Shown here piece by piece: positions 1 to 8,726 of a DNA stretch of 16,790 bases. The number at the start of each line of letters is the position of its first letter. Within the stretch, counting starts at the first letter, position 1. Origin of the DNA: Candidatus Poribacteria bacterium (lineage in GTDB: Bacteria > Poribacteria > WGA-4E > UBA9662); contig JAYGDX010000377.1 of NCBI GenBank assembly GCA_046582655.1, forward strand, positions 1 to 16,790, given 5' to 3'. Under the pieces are notes generated by a model. It was not told the origin of the DNA. It worked only from the letters and a program-made list of their open reading frames with translations, and did not search any database. Both the position numbers and the translations under genes were made by a program.

Positions 1-1137
1 GAAATAGGCATAAAGTTGGTAAAATTCTTTTTGGGTAATGGGATCGAACTTGTGGTTATGGCAAACGGCACAACCCGCGGTCAGTCCCATCCAGACAGTA
101 GAAGTGGTGCTGGTTCGGTCGATGGCGTAGCGGACATAGTATTCCTCATCTATGGATCCGCCTTCACTAGTGGTCACATTGCAGCGATTGAAGCCGGTGG
201 CGATACGCTGACTCAGTGTGGGTTCGGGCAGTAAATCACCAGCCAGTTGTTCGATGGTAAACTGGTCGAAAGGCATGTTCTGATTGAAGGCCTGAATCAC
301 CCAGTCGCGATAGGGCCAGATTTCACGGTAGTTATCCAAATGCAACCCGTGAGTGTCGCCGTAGCGTGCAGCATCCAGCCAGAAACGCCCCATCTGTTCT
401 CCGTATTGTGGTTTAGCCAGCAGGCGATCAATTAGTTTCTGATAGGCGTCAGGGCTACGGTCCTCCAGAAACCGATGAATTTCTGTCGGGGTAGGCGGCA
501 GCCCAGTCAAATCGAAAGTCAGCCGACGGATCAGCGTCCGCTTATCCGCTTCGGAAGAAGCCGGGATGCCTTCAGCCTCCAGCCGAGACAGGATAAAACG
601 GTCTATGCCGTTTCGCACCCAAGACTGATTTTGAACAGTTGGTGGATCCATCCGCTTGGGAGGGGAAAAGGACCAGTGCTCCTGCCAGTCTGCGCCGGCT
701 TCAATCCAGCGTTTCAGCAGTTCAATCTGCTTGGGGTTCAATGAACGTTCTGAGTGCAAGGGAGGCATTCGGTCTTTGGGATCTTCAGCGGTGATCCGCT
801 GATAAAGCGCACTGTCCAGAAGTTTACCGGGAACAATAGCAAAGTAACCACCTCGATCAGCAAAAGCACTCTCTTTGATATCCAGTCGCAGGTCAGCTTT
901 GCGCTTCTTTTTGTCAGGCCCGTGACAGGCGTAGCATTTGTCTGACAGAATCGGCCGGATATCACCATCGAAACTAATTTCCACACCTTCATTCTCAACC
1001 CAGCCGAATAGGGGCATCAACATTAGCAATGCACCCAACCCCAAAGAAACAACATGTTGAGAAACGCCATCAATCCTTAGCAATCGAACAACTGAATTCC
1101 TGAATCTTTTAGCTTTAAGCATATAACATCCCATCAT
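1..1137 (-). CDS. Planctomycete cytochrome c (PSCyt1) + DUF1549 (PSD1/DUF1553-type) protein; 3' end runs off the window
   Basis: Not in the ORF track because no stop lies in the window. Manual minus-strand translation: MLKAKRFRNSVVRLLRIDGVSQHVVSLGLGALLMLMPLFGW...ISFDGDIRPILSDKCYACHGPD...LIRRLTFDLTGLPPT...WLDAARYGDTHG...WPYRDWVIQAFNQNMPFDQF...GCAVCHNHKFDPITQKEFYQLYAYF. Two CxxCH motifs and a hydrophobic N-terminal segment. In-frame ATGs at 1137, 1134 and 1122, so the start is uncertain. Confidence 0.92.
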   Translation of the reverse strand, partial: MMGCYMLKAKRFRNSVVRLLRIDGVSQHVVSLGLGALLMLMPLFGWVENEGVEISFDGDIRPILSDKCYACHGPDKKKRKADLRLDIKESAFADRGGYFAIVPGKLLDSALYQRITAEDPKDRMPPLHSERSLNPKQIELLKRWIEAGADWQEHWSFSPPKRMDPPTVQNQSWVRNGIDRFILSRLEAEGIPASSEADKRTLIRRLTFDLTGLPPTPTEIHRFLEDRSPDAYQKLIDRLLAKPQYGEQMGRFWLDAARYGDTHGLHLDNYREIWPYRDWVIQAFNQNMPFDQFTIEQLAGDLLPEPTLSQRIATGFNRCNVTTSEGGSIDEEYYVRYAIDRTSTTSTVWMGLTAGCAVCHNHKFDPITQKEFYQLYAYF

Positions 1138-1237
1138 AACCTTCTGTATAGATCTTGATGATTTTCGCCTTAATCTTAATGATGTACAATCCCAACCAAA
1201 TGCTGCTTTTGGTTGGGTACACTTTGCCATCCGAGCT

Positions 1238-1265
1238 ATTATGCCGCTTTCAATTTAGTTGTCAA
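1238..1265 (-). promoter_or_regulatory. sigma70-type promoter for the PSCyt1/DUF1549 gene
   Basis: Minus strand TTGACA (1265-1260)-16 nt-CATAAT (1243-1238), about 100 nt upstream of the start. Confidence 0.55.
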
Positions 1266-1638
1266 GATAAAAGTTAACAGAAAAACTGTAAAACTATGAA
1301 AGGTTTTTGAATTGGTCGTATCACAATATTTGTAAGTATGAAGAATGGAGTTAGAACTTAAAGATACTCTCGTCACGCACACAAAATTTTGGTTGCAATC
1401 TTTAACAACAAAAGAATGATTAAAAAAACATGATTCATCCAAGCTGAAATAAAGACAACTCTCCACAAATCCAAATTCGTTAATAATTTTGAAACTACCA
1501 TAAAACATACTCGTTATTTATGTCAAATAATGATCTATTAAGTTAAAACGAATAAAACAAAAGTTAAAACAACACAATTTTGATGTTGCTGAGGTTAAAG
1601 GCCATCTCAATAGTTTTTGAGGAGGGAAATTTAAGACA

Positions 1639-1923
1639 GTGTCATCATTTGAACTGCAACAAGTCGACGGTTTATGGGAAGATCAAACTGATCCTTCAGA
1701 AACAAGTTCCAGTCACATAGTAACAGAAAGCCAAAGGAAGCTAATAGAACTTTACAAAGATTGTTCCCATAATTTCATTGACCATACCGATAACTTGATC
1801 AATAACGGTGAACTCTCAATAACAGATGCGATTGAATCAACACAAATACACATCAGGTCAAATCAGGAAGAAATAAAGAAGTTTATCAAAATTGAACAGT
1901 GGTTAGCAAGCTTGTATGGCTGA
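1639..1923 (+). CDS. hypothetical protein (94 aa)
   Basis: GTG start with GGAGGG at 1621-1626; acidic, protein-like composition; no recognisable motif. Confidence 0.55.
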   Translation: MSSFELQQVDGLWEDQTDPSETSSSHIVTESQRKLIELYKDCSHNFIDHTDNLINNGELSITDAIESTQIHIRSNQEEIKKFIKIEQWLASLYG

Positions 1924-1994
1924 AGTCCAAATCCCAGTCAACTAACCAGCGTTTCTCGGTTTACGCTAAGGATCCAAACATTTTGGAGGGTATA

Positions 1995-2465
1995 TTGGGC
2001 GCAGCATTTTTGGAAACGATAGCAAAGTTACTGAAACGCCTTGACAGATATAGAGTCATCTTCGACCGCGATGACAACGAGCCCTATTTAGAACGTTATT
2101 ATCTGTTCTTGAAAAACAGGAAGTCCTTTGCTTTCAATATTACTTTGCATCGAATTCTTAAATCTGATTTAGATGATTTGCACGATCACCCATGGCCGTG
2201 GGTAACAGTCATACTGAAAGGCGGATATTGGGAACATACTCGTGCTGGTAACAAACCGAAGTGGAAAGGTCCGGGCTGTGTGACCATCCGGTCAAGTAGA
2301 TCACTGCATAGACTTGAGTTGCGTAAAGACCAGTTCGGCAATGAGATCCCCTGCTGGACATTATTCTGCATGGGACCTAAGCAAAAAGGTTGGGGGTTCC
2401 TGACAAACGGAAAATGGGTGGACAATTCCACTTATCTTCAAGAACGTAAGCAAATAGCCACTTAG
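1995..2465 (+). CDS. cupin-fold protein of a family common in aquatic phages (LH...SD.DDLHDHPW...ILKGGYWE)
   Basis: Cupin motif 1 HDHPWPWVTVILKGGYWE and motif 2 GPGCVTIRSSRSLHRLEL, followed by WTLFCMGPKQKGWGF. The ORF is open from 1899, but the in-frame TTG at 1995 has GGAGG at 1985-1989 and avoids overlap with the upstream gene. Confidence 0.8.
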   Translation: MGAAFLETIAKLLKRLDRYRVIFDRDDNEPYLERYYLFLKNRKSFAFNITLHRILKSDLDDLHDHPWPWVTVILKGGYWEHTRAGNKPKWKGPGCVTIRSSRSLHRLELRKDQFGNEIPCWTLFCMGPKQKGWGFLTNGKWVDNSTYLQERKQIAT

Positions 2466-2524
2466 ACCTGGAATCTGTTGACACTATAAAGAGGCTCTAT
2501 TTACACTGGGAATAAATATTAGAC

Positions 2525-3976
2525 CTACATCGTCTGACTTTTGGCGATATACGTTTTCAAATGTGATAATGCCTGACCGCTATCAATTGCTCTCTTGACG
2601 CTTTTAACAGCTAAGTCCGGATCGGAATAAAATCCCAACAGGTAATCAGTCATGGCTGTGTTGAGTACCAATCGGTCATATACATGCCCTTTTTGACCGG
2701 ATAAAGCTGACATGCCCGCAGTTGCGAAAGACTTGGGGCTAACTATTTTCAAACGCGGATTTTTCTGATAATTGAACCCAAAATTTTGCGGATCTAAATC
2801 TAGGGAGAAGTCTTCTCTCTGATCATTGACACGCTGGAACCCTTGAGAGTAGTTAACTGCCTGGCGATCTAGTGTTGATGGACTACTTAGACGTAAGGCA
2901 TAGTGACTTGTTCCTTCCTCCCCTTTAATGGCAAGTCCAACTTGAAAACCACGATCCCACATCAGTTGAAGCAATTTTTTCTCATAACCCAAGTGATAGT
3001 AGCCGATAACCATGCAATTCATCTTGGAAGCTGAAAACAGTTGTTGTGCTTTTTCAGTGGCAGCCCAAGGCGGACGTTTCTTAATATGGTGCCTGAGTTG
3101 GCGGATGGCATAAGCGCCGGGAGCATACTCTCTCTGACTGATATAAGCGAACCCAACCGTTGAATCTTCAATTAAAGTTGCTGCAGAATCAAGAGAAAGA
3201 TTGGTATTTGCGCCGAGAATCCGTAGAATTTTCTCCTCTGTAACACCATTTTTGGGCGGCATCTCATCGACCCCGTATAATACAGAAGCGTGGCCCATAG
3301 AGGCTCTGACGGCAGCTATAAATAGTGTTGGTCTGAAGTATCTAGTTGCACCATCGAAAGGTTCTCCGAAATGAGTCAACGAATCTACCGAAACAGATTC
3401 GACTTGATCTGGAGCAAAAACGGCATCCAAGTATCCAAGCACCTCATCATAGGATTCAAGATTCATCCGTTGACCGATAAGGGTGGCAGCTTTTAAGGCA
3501 TCTTTCACTCGATTGGTCAGGATAGCTTTACATACTTTTAATGTTTCGCAATAAGTCAAATGTTCCGATTTTAAAATTTTTTTCAACGCTCCAACAACAA
3601 TACCTTCTTCAGGTGTCGAGGGACAGTATGCCGTATCCGGATACCTAAGAAATTCTATTTCCGGTGGCATGAGTTTCGCTAAATCAGGTGAGTATTTGTT
3701 AAAAGCATCAATTTCCACTTGACTCCAACGCGTATCTGGCGGGAAATTTTTTCGGATTGTCATGGCGGCAAAAAACGCTCCCATTTGAGCTTTAGAAACC
3801 ATCTGGTCCCTTGACAATTCTCCTTTCGCTGATTTAAGAATTATCTCCAGTATGGTTTCCGGTCGAATCGAATCCGTTTCTTTCACACCCAATGGTCTTG
3901 TTTGATGAGGTCCCGTACAAACCCGCGCTTGAGCTTCTAATACATCTGCGTTTGGACCCGATAATTTTTCAGACAT
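2525..3976 (-). CDS. anthranilate phosphoribosyltransferase-like (TrpD2/YbiB superfamily) protein, plant At1g70570-type
   Basis: 483 aa with motifs VLEAQARVCTGP.QTRPL, SKAQMGAFFAAMTIR, LIGQRMN.E, LTHFGEPFDG.TRYFR.TLF, MPPK.GVTEE, HIKKRPP.A.TEK, KGEEG, AIDSG.AL. The canonical TrpD GTGGD and KHGN motifs are absent. Confidence 0.85.
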   Translation of the reverse strand: MSEKLSGPNADVLEAQARVCTGPHQTRPLGVKETDSIRPETILEIILKSAKGELSRDQMVSKAQMGAFFAAMTIRKNFPPDTRWSQVEIDAFNKYSPDLAKLMPPEIEFLRYPDTAYCPSTPEEGIVVGALKKILKSEHLTYCETLKVCKAILTNRVKDALKAATLIGQRMNLESYDEVLGYLDAVFAPDQVESVSVDSLTHFGEPFDGATRYFRPTLFIAAVRASMGHASVLYGVDEMPPKNGVTEEKILRILGANTNLSLDSAATLIEDSTVGFAYISQREYAPGAYAIRQLRHHIKKRPPWAATEKAQQLFSASKMNCMVIGYYHLGYEKKLLQLMWDRGFQVGLAIKGEEGTSHYALRLSSPSTLDRQAVNYSQGFQRVNDQREDFSLDLDPQNFGFNYQKNPRLKIVSPKSFATAGMSALSGQKGHVYDRLVLNTAMTDYLLGFYSDPDLAVKSVKRAIDSGQALSHLKTYIAKSQTM

Positions 3977-4292
3977 GCCTTCCTGATTCCGTATTAAATT
4001 GAGACGCTACCTACATGATGAAGGTAACTCAAATAAATTAGTCATGACGTTAAGTTCATTTAACGTGATCTAAGTTCCAATTAACAGTATAACCTAAACC
4101 GCAAATGTGGTAACGAAAAATCTGATTTGGTCTTTTTTAGAGAAGTTGTTTTTCCCAATTGGCATTTTCAGGAAATCTGAAAAATCACTTAATAGATGGA
4201 AGATTTGATAATTATTAGTTCTTCATCTGAATACAAGCATTAAGTAGATTAAATATAGACCTCTGGCTGCAAATATCTTCTGTGGTCTGCGC

Positions 4293-4321
4293 TTGACATT
4301 TTTACGTCATTTCTATATACT
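4293..4321 (+). promoter_or_regulatory. sigma70 promoter
   Basis: TTGACA (4293-4298)-17 nt-TATACT (4316-4321), near consensus. Confidence 0.75.
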
Positions 4322-4366
4322 TGATCGTTGTTTTTAAATCTCTGCCGATACAGGAAATTCACCGTA

Positions 4367-5293
4367 GTGAGAAGAAAAAACAGAAAAAATCAACAGAAAG
4401 ATCAGACATTGTATCAACAGAATTCGGCAATCAGAGAGTGGCTCAAAAATCCCGAGTTGGATGATGATCTGCAGGATAAAATTCTCAGTAGTGGGCTGTT
4501 GGCTGGAGAACAGGAGTTTACTTCCATTGGATTTAATCAAACTCTGGTTAGGGAGGAATTAGCCAATTACGTTAGCGCAAATGCTGGGAACCCGGTACCT
4601 AATGATGAAGCCAGTCTGACTATCACGGTTAGTGATTTTCAAAAGAGTATCTTTAATGTCACGCCTGAGTTGGCAGAAGAACTTCACACAGCACTTGAAA
4701 TGTGTGAAACACGAACGCGTTTGATCGGTAAGGAAATTCTGGCCGAAATTGCTTCTGTTACAAAATCTCTTTTCGAAGTTGCTAATCCAATAACGTTGGT
4801 TCACCATCCATTGGTTATTAACATTTCAATTCGCACTCTTGAGCGATTGCTTGAGCAGCCTGGCAATCGGGTCTGGGAACATCGTCCGCAGATCCATAAG
4901 CTGCTATCAGAATTTGCCAACCTGATCGATAACTATTCAATTCAGGATTTTTACGATAGTTTTGAAGAAGAGAACTTATTTTCTGATGATAGAAAAAACG
5001 AGTTAACAGAAGAATTCGGTGATCTCCCAGCCAAAGCACTGTATAAAAATTTTGGTCGATTAGACATTTTGGAAAAAATTGAGGACAAGAACACCTATAT
5101 ACTGACAGGAGATCACGAGACGTATTTTGAATATAAACATGCTGATCTGCCATTATGCCTAACATTTACCCCTGATCGGGTAACGTTGGAATCCGAATCG
5201 ATGGAAACACTAAATATTGCTATGGAAGAGATTGAGAATGTTTGTGGAAATTCACTGTTCTACCTGGCAAAAACAGTAACATTACGAGAGTGA
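4367..5293 (+). CDS. hypothetical protein (~308 aa, acidic with a basic N-terminus)
   Basis: Long ORF open from TTG 4328. That TTG sits at the predicted transcription start, so the in-frame GTG at 4367 (AGGA at 4352-4355) is preferred. No confident family. Confidence 0.8.
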   Translation: MRRKNRKNQQKDQTLYQQNSAIREWLKNPELDDDLQDKILSSGLLAGEQEFTSIGFNQTLVREELANYVSANAGNPVPNDEASLTITVSDFQKSIFNVTPELAEELHTALEMCETRTRLIGKEILAEIASVTKSLFEVANPITLVHHPLVINISIRTLERLLEQPGNRVWEHRPQIHKLLSEFANLIDNYSIQDFYDSFEEENLFSDDRKNELTEEFGDLPAKALYKNFGRLDILEKIEDKNTYILTGDHETYFEYKHADLPLCLTFTPDRVTLESESMETLNIAMEEIENVCGNSLFYLAKTVTLRE

Positions 5294-5309
5294 GAAGGAG
5301 GTGATGGTT

Positions 5310-5402
5310 ATGGCTCGAAGCAAAAGTGGCCGGAAACGCAGACGGACACAAATCCGCCAACAACAGAAACGCCGGCGAAAGACTAAACATGCCGCTAGTT
5401 AA
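5310..5402 (+). CDS. small Arg/Lys-rich protein (30 aa) MARSKSGRKRRRTQIRQQQKRRRKTKHAAS
   Basis: Extended Shine-Dalgarno AAGGAGGTGA at 5295-5304, ATG 5310, TAA 5400-5402. Fills the gap between two co-oriented genes and is below the ORF-track cutoff. Confidence 0.7.
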   Translation: MARSKSGRKRRRTQIRQQQKRRRKTKHAAS

Positions 5403-5435
5403 ACTTCAGAAGCAATATTATTAGAACTTCAAGCT

Positions 5436-6389
5436 ATGGAAACTAAACTGCCGTGCCGTTCATGGTTGTTCGAAGTGAAAGCTGCGCTTGAAGCTCTTGT
5501 CCAACGACATGGAAAAATGAGTGGGGGATACGATCCAGATGATCAACCCGTTGCTATCTTCGATTGGGATGACACCGCGATTTTCAATGACGTCGGCATG
5601 GGCGTGTTCTATTTCCAGATTAATGAGCTTCAATTCAATTTTGAACTGGAAGAATTCTGGGACTTAATCCCACCTAAATACGGTCGTGAGATCTATCGAT
5701 CCAACTATGAACAAATCCAGAATCTTCCAATTAATGAAGCTAAGAATCATCCCGCCTATCGCCGTTATCGCAAATTCTTCACCCAAGCCTGTCATGATCT
5801 CTGGCAATCGGAAGGAACCGCGCATTTTGCCTTATTGCAAGTACAACTTATGGTAGGGTTTTCACCTGCGGAGATTGTTCTGATTGCTAAGCGAGCAATC
5901 GATTTAGAAATGTCAATACCTCGCAGGATTGTCTCCATCCAAGAATCGGAAACAGATCCAGATCCGGTAAAAGCCAAGCACGGTATTCGAGTCTACCAAG
6001 AAATTCGAGATTTGATCAATTTGATGCAGCTACATGGATTTGATGTTTGGATTGTCACTGGCACCTGCAAGTATATCGTTCAGCCGTTTGCAGAGAAATA
6101 CGGTGTTCCAAGTGACCGTGTAATTGGAGCCGAAATGATAATCCAAAATGGAAAGTTTACCGATCAACCAATGAAACCTATGCCCTACGAAGATGGAAAG
6201 CCCGATGCTATCAGAAGATATATCGGTAAGAAACCAGTGTTTGTGGCTGGTAACAGTCCAGGGGATATGGCAATGATGAAATATTGCGATGACACAGCAC
6301 TTCTGATTGACTGCGGCGATCCCTATCTTCAGCAAAAATCGGTTGAACTGGGATGGCTGGTTCACCCCCAATTTGAAGTGGCTACTTGA
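5436..6389 (+). CDS. HAD-superfamily hydrolase (phosphoserine/phosphorylcholine phosphatase-like)
   Basis: Motif I AIFDWDDT, motif II VWIVTG, motif III GK, motif IV AGNSPGDMAM. Confidence 0.88.
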   Translation: METKLPCRSWLFEVKAALEALVQRHGKMSGGYDPDDQPVAIFDWDDTAIFNDVGMGVFYFQINELQFNFELEEFWDLIPPKYGREIYRSNYEQIQNLPINEAKNHPAYRRYRKFFTQACHDLWQSEGTAHFALLQVQLMVGFSPAEIVLIAKRAIDLEMSIPRRIVSIQESETDPDPVKAKHGIRVYQEIRDLINLMQLHGFDVWIVTGTCKYIVQPFAEKYGVPSDRVIGAEMIIQNGKFTDQPMKPMPYEDGKPDAIRRYIGKKPVFVAGNSPGDMAMMKYCDDTALLIDCGDPYLQQKSVELGWLVHPQFEVAT

Positions 6390-7617
6390 TCTGTCCAGTC
6401 CCACGGATGATATACTTGTAGCTGGTTAGCCCCTCTAATCCCATTGGCCCTCGACAATGCAGTTTTTGCGTGCTTACTCCTACCTCCGCACCTAACCCAA
6501 ATTCATACCCATCGGTAAATCGCGTACTAGCGTTAACATATACTGCCGCTGAATCGACCTCTTTCAAGAAACGTTGTGACGCAGTATAATTATTAGTCAC
6601 GATGGCATCAGAATGGTGAGATCCGTAAGTTTCGATATGATCAATAGCTTCATCCAGATCAGTGACAACGCGAACGGATAATATCGAATCCAGATATTCC
6701 GTCCGCCAATCCTCATCAGAAGCAGGAATCAAGTCAGGACAGATTCTTCGAGCCTTGCCGCAACCACGCAATTCGACCTCGGCATCCGCGAACTTTTGGG
6801 CGACAACCGGTAAGAATTTGTCAGCGATGTTTTCATGAACCAGCATTGTCTCCATGGCGTTGCATACCGCTACATATTGCGTCTTGGCGTTTACAGTAAT
6901 CTTCTCAGCCATCTTCAAATCAGCATCCTGATCAACGTAAACATGACAGATACCATCAGCATGGCCGACAACAGGGATTTCTGATGTTTTCATGATATAG
7001 CGGATAAACTCCTGGCTGCCACGAGGTACAATCAGGTCAATCAGATCATGCATTGAAATCATTTGGCGTACTGCTTCTCGGTCAGTAATTTCCACAAATT
7101 GAATTGTCTCTTTTAACCCAAATTCTTCCGCCGCCCGCCGCAAAGTTTCGGCAATCAGCATATTCGAATGAATTGCTTCAGAACCGCCTCTAAGAATCAC
7201 GCCGTTACCGGATTTCAAGCAGAGTGCTGACACCTCGACAGTAACATTGGGACGCGATTCGTAGATGACACCAATCAGTCCAATAGGCACTCGCATCACA
7301 CCAATTTGCAGACCGTTGGGGCGTTCCCATGTCCGCGTCACCTCACCTATTGGCTCCGGTAGACTTGCCACTTGACGCAGATTATCTGCCATGGTGGAGA
7401 TCTTTTCCTCGTTCAATGAAAGCCTCTTCATTAGCGGTAGTGCCAAGTCGGTTTTTCTGCCGTTTTCCAGATCGATCTGATTGACTTCGATGATCTGGTT
7501 CCTCTGCTGCCATACCTGATCTGCCATAGCCAAGAGTGCGCCGTTTCGCACATCTGACGAAACCTGCGCCAACTTTCGCATTGCTATTCTTGCTGATTCA
7601 GCTTTTTGCTTGATCAT
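6382..7617 (-). CDS. proA: glutamate-5-semialdehyde dehydrogenase (gamma-glutamyl phosphate reductase)
   Basis: Motifs IYESRPNVT, LRGGSEA, VPRGS, VCNAMET, YVNASTRFTDG.EFGLGAEVGVSTQKLHCRGPMGL. ORF open from 7689; ATG 7617 (MIKQKAESAR) fits typical ProA N-termini. 8-nt convergent overlap with the HAD gene. Confidence 0.97.
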   Translation of the reverse strand: MIKQKAESARIAMRKLAQVSSDVRNGALLAMADQVWQQRNQIIEVNQIDLENGRKTDLALPLMKRLSLNEEKISTMADNLRQVASLPEPIGEVTRTWERPNGLQIGVMRVPIGLIGVIYESRPNVTVEVSALCLKSGNGVILRGGSEAIHSNMLIAETLRRAAEEFGLKETIQFVEITDREAVRQMISMHDLIDLIVPRGSQEFIRYIMKTSEIPVVGHADGICHVYVDQDADLKMAEKITVNAKTQYVAVCNAMETMLVHENIADKFLPVVAQKFADAEVELRGCGKARRICPDLIPASDEDWRTEYLDSILSVRVVTDLDEAIDHIETYGSHHSDAIVTNNYTASQRFLKEVDSAAVYVNASTRFTDGYEFGLGAEVGVSTQKLHCRGPMGLEGLTSYKYIIRGTGQIK

Positions 7618-7741
7618 TAGACTTAATTCTTCAGATTTATTTAAGTTTATTTTGAGACTTTGATATTTACCAGATCGCTGACAAGTCAAGACACGTCACT
7701 TGCCAGATGATAAATTTGGTCATTGCGGACAGCTTAAACAC

Positions 7742-8516
7742 CTACACGCTTCCAGCTATTGAGCGAGTTACCATATGGTTCCAACCACGCAGTACGAGAC
7801 GAACATCGGTATGCCCGTTTCCATCCTCAACTCTGTCATTACCTGCATAAAGTTGAACAAGCACTGTTTTTCGTGTTTTCAAGGATGTATTCGGCATAGA
7901 TCCATGCAATGTGAAATAATGAAAAAAAACCACATCCCCTGATTCTGCCTGTAGAACAGTTGCCTTTTCAATCGGATATTGTTTATGTATCTCAGCATTT
8001 TGTCCGCTTCCCATCATACCTTCACAACGTCCCAGCTCTCTATGGGAACCTGGATATACGCGAAAACATCCCATCTCATTGGTTGCTTCTGAAACGTGGA
8101 TGACACCAGCAATCATCGTATCGTCGATGGTTGGAAAGTACTGCCAATCCTGATGCATTGGGAATGCCGACCCTTTCTCAGCAGGTTTCTGAAAAAGTTT
8201 TGTGTGATGCAGTATGATGTCGGGACCAAGTATTGCACTAGCAATGTCAAGAAATTTTTCCTGTTGAACAGCATTCAACCATATCGAAGAATATGTCTGC
8301 ACGTTGTGCGTATGAAAAACAATCGAATCCTCCGGTTCCAAGTCTACTGTCAACTGACTGCCCCACCGTGCATTGACGTTTTCGTCACCATTTAACAACT
8401 GGACGACAATCCGGTTAAAATCGGATTCCATAGCCTCAATTTCATCTGAGGAGTAAACGCCCTTGGCCAAATAATAACCGTTTAGGTCAAAGAACTCTTT
8501 GATTTCTCTGTGCCAT
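7742..8516 (-). CDS. phytanoyl-CoA dioxygenase (PhyH) family Fe(II)/2-oxoglutarate dioxygenase, with an apparent +1 frameshift near the start
   Basis: HQD...LHGS...R motifs. The family-typical N-terminus EIKEFFDLNGYYLAKG lies in frame upstream of TTG 8470. The ATG at 8516 (after AAAGAGAGAG) is out of frame by one extra base near 8507. Confidence 0.9.
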
Positions 8517-8696
8517 ACTCTCTCTTTAATTGTGCTGGTATCTGGCTATAATTTTTCGCCTTAACTGTAGGCAGATGTTAGCAAAAATTTTATCGTTTAG
8601 ATCCGGTTCAATCTGATTTTAAAATCTTAGCATGGACAATTTTGAAAGTCAACTGCGCAAATGGGCACACAACCTGTGAGTCAATCGGCGAAAATC

Positions 8697-8726
8697 TTGA
8701 CAAAACTTCAGCTTAAATGATACCAT
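8697..8726 (+). promoter_or_regulatory. sigma70 promoter of rplM-rpsI-purA
   Basis: TTGACA (8697-8702)-18 nt-TACCAT (8721-8726), with an extended -10 TG at 8718-8719. Confidence 0.65.

Noticed and set aside
16..998. Short ORFs 16-234, 247-435, 475-744, 754-945 (+) and 738-998 (-)
   Set aside because: Shadow or alternate frames of the long minus-strand cytochrome c/DUF1549 gene.
1239..1508. Minus ORF ending ...KLKAA followed by two stops, reminiscent of a tmRNA tag
   Set aside because: No tRNA-like ends or resume context visible. The same bases are better explained as the TTGACA/CATAAT promoter, and the ORF composition reflects AT-rich intergenic DNA.
4047..4066. Palindrome ACGTTAA-N6-TTAACGT upstream of the TrpD-like gene
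   Set aside because: Single short AT-rich inverted repeat that I cannot assign to any regulator.
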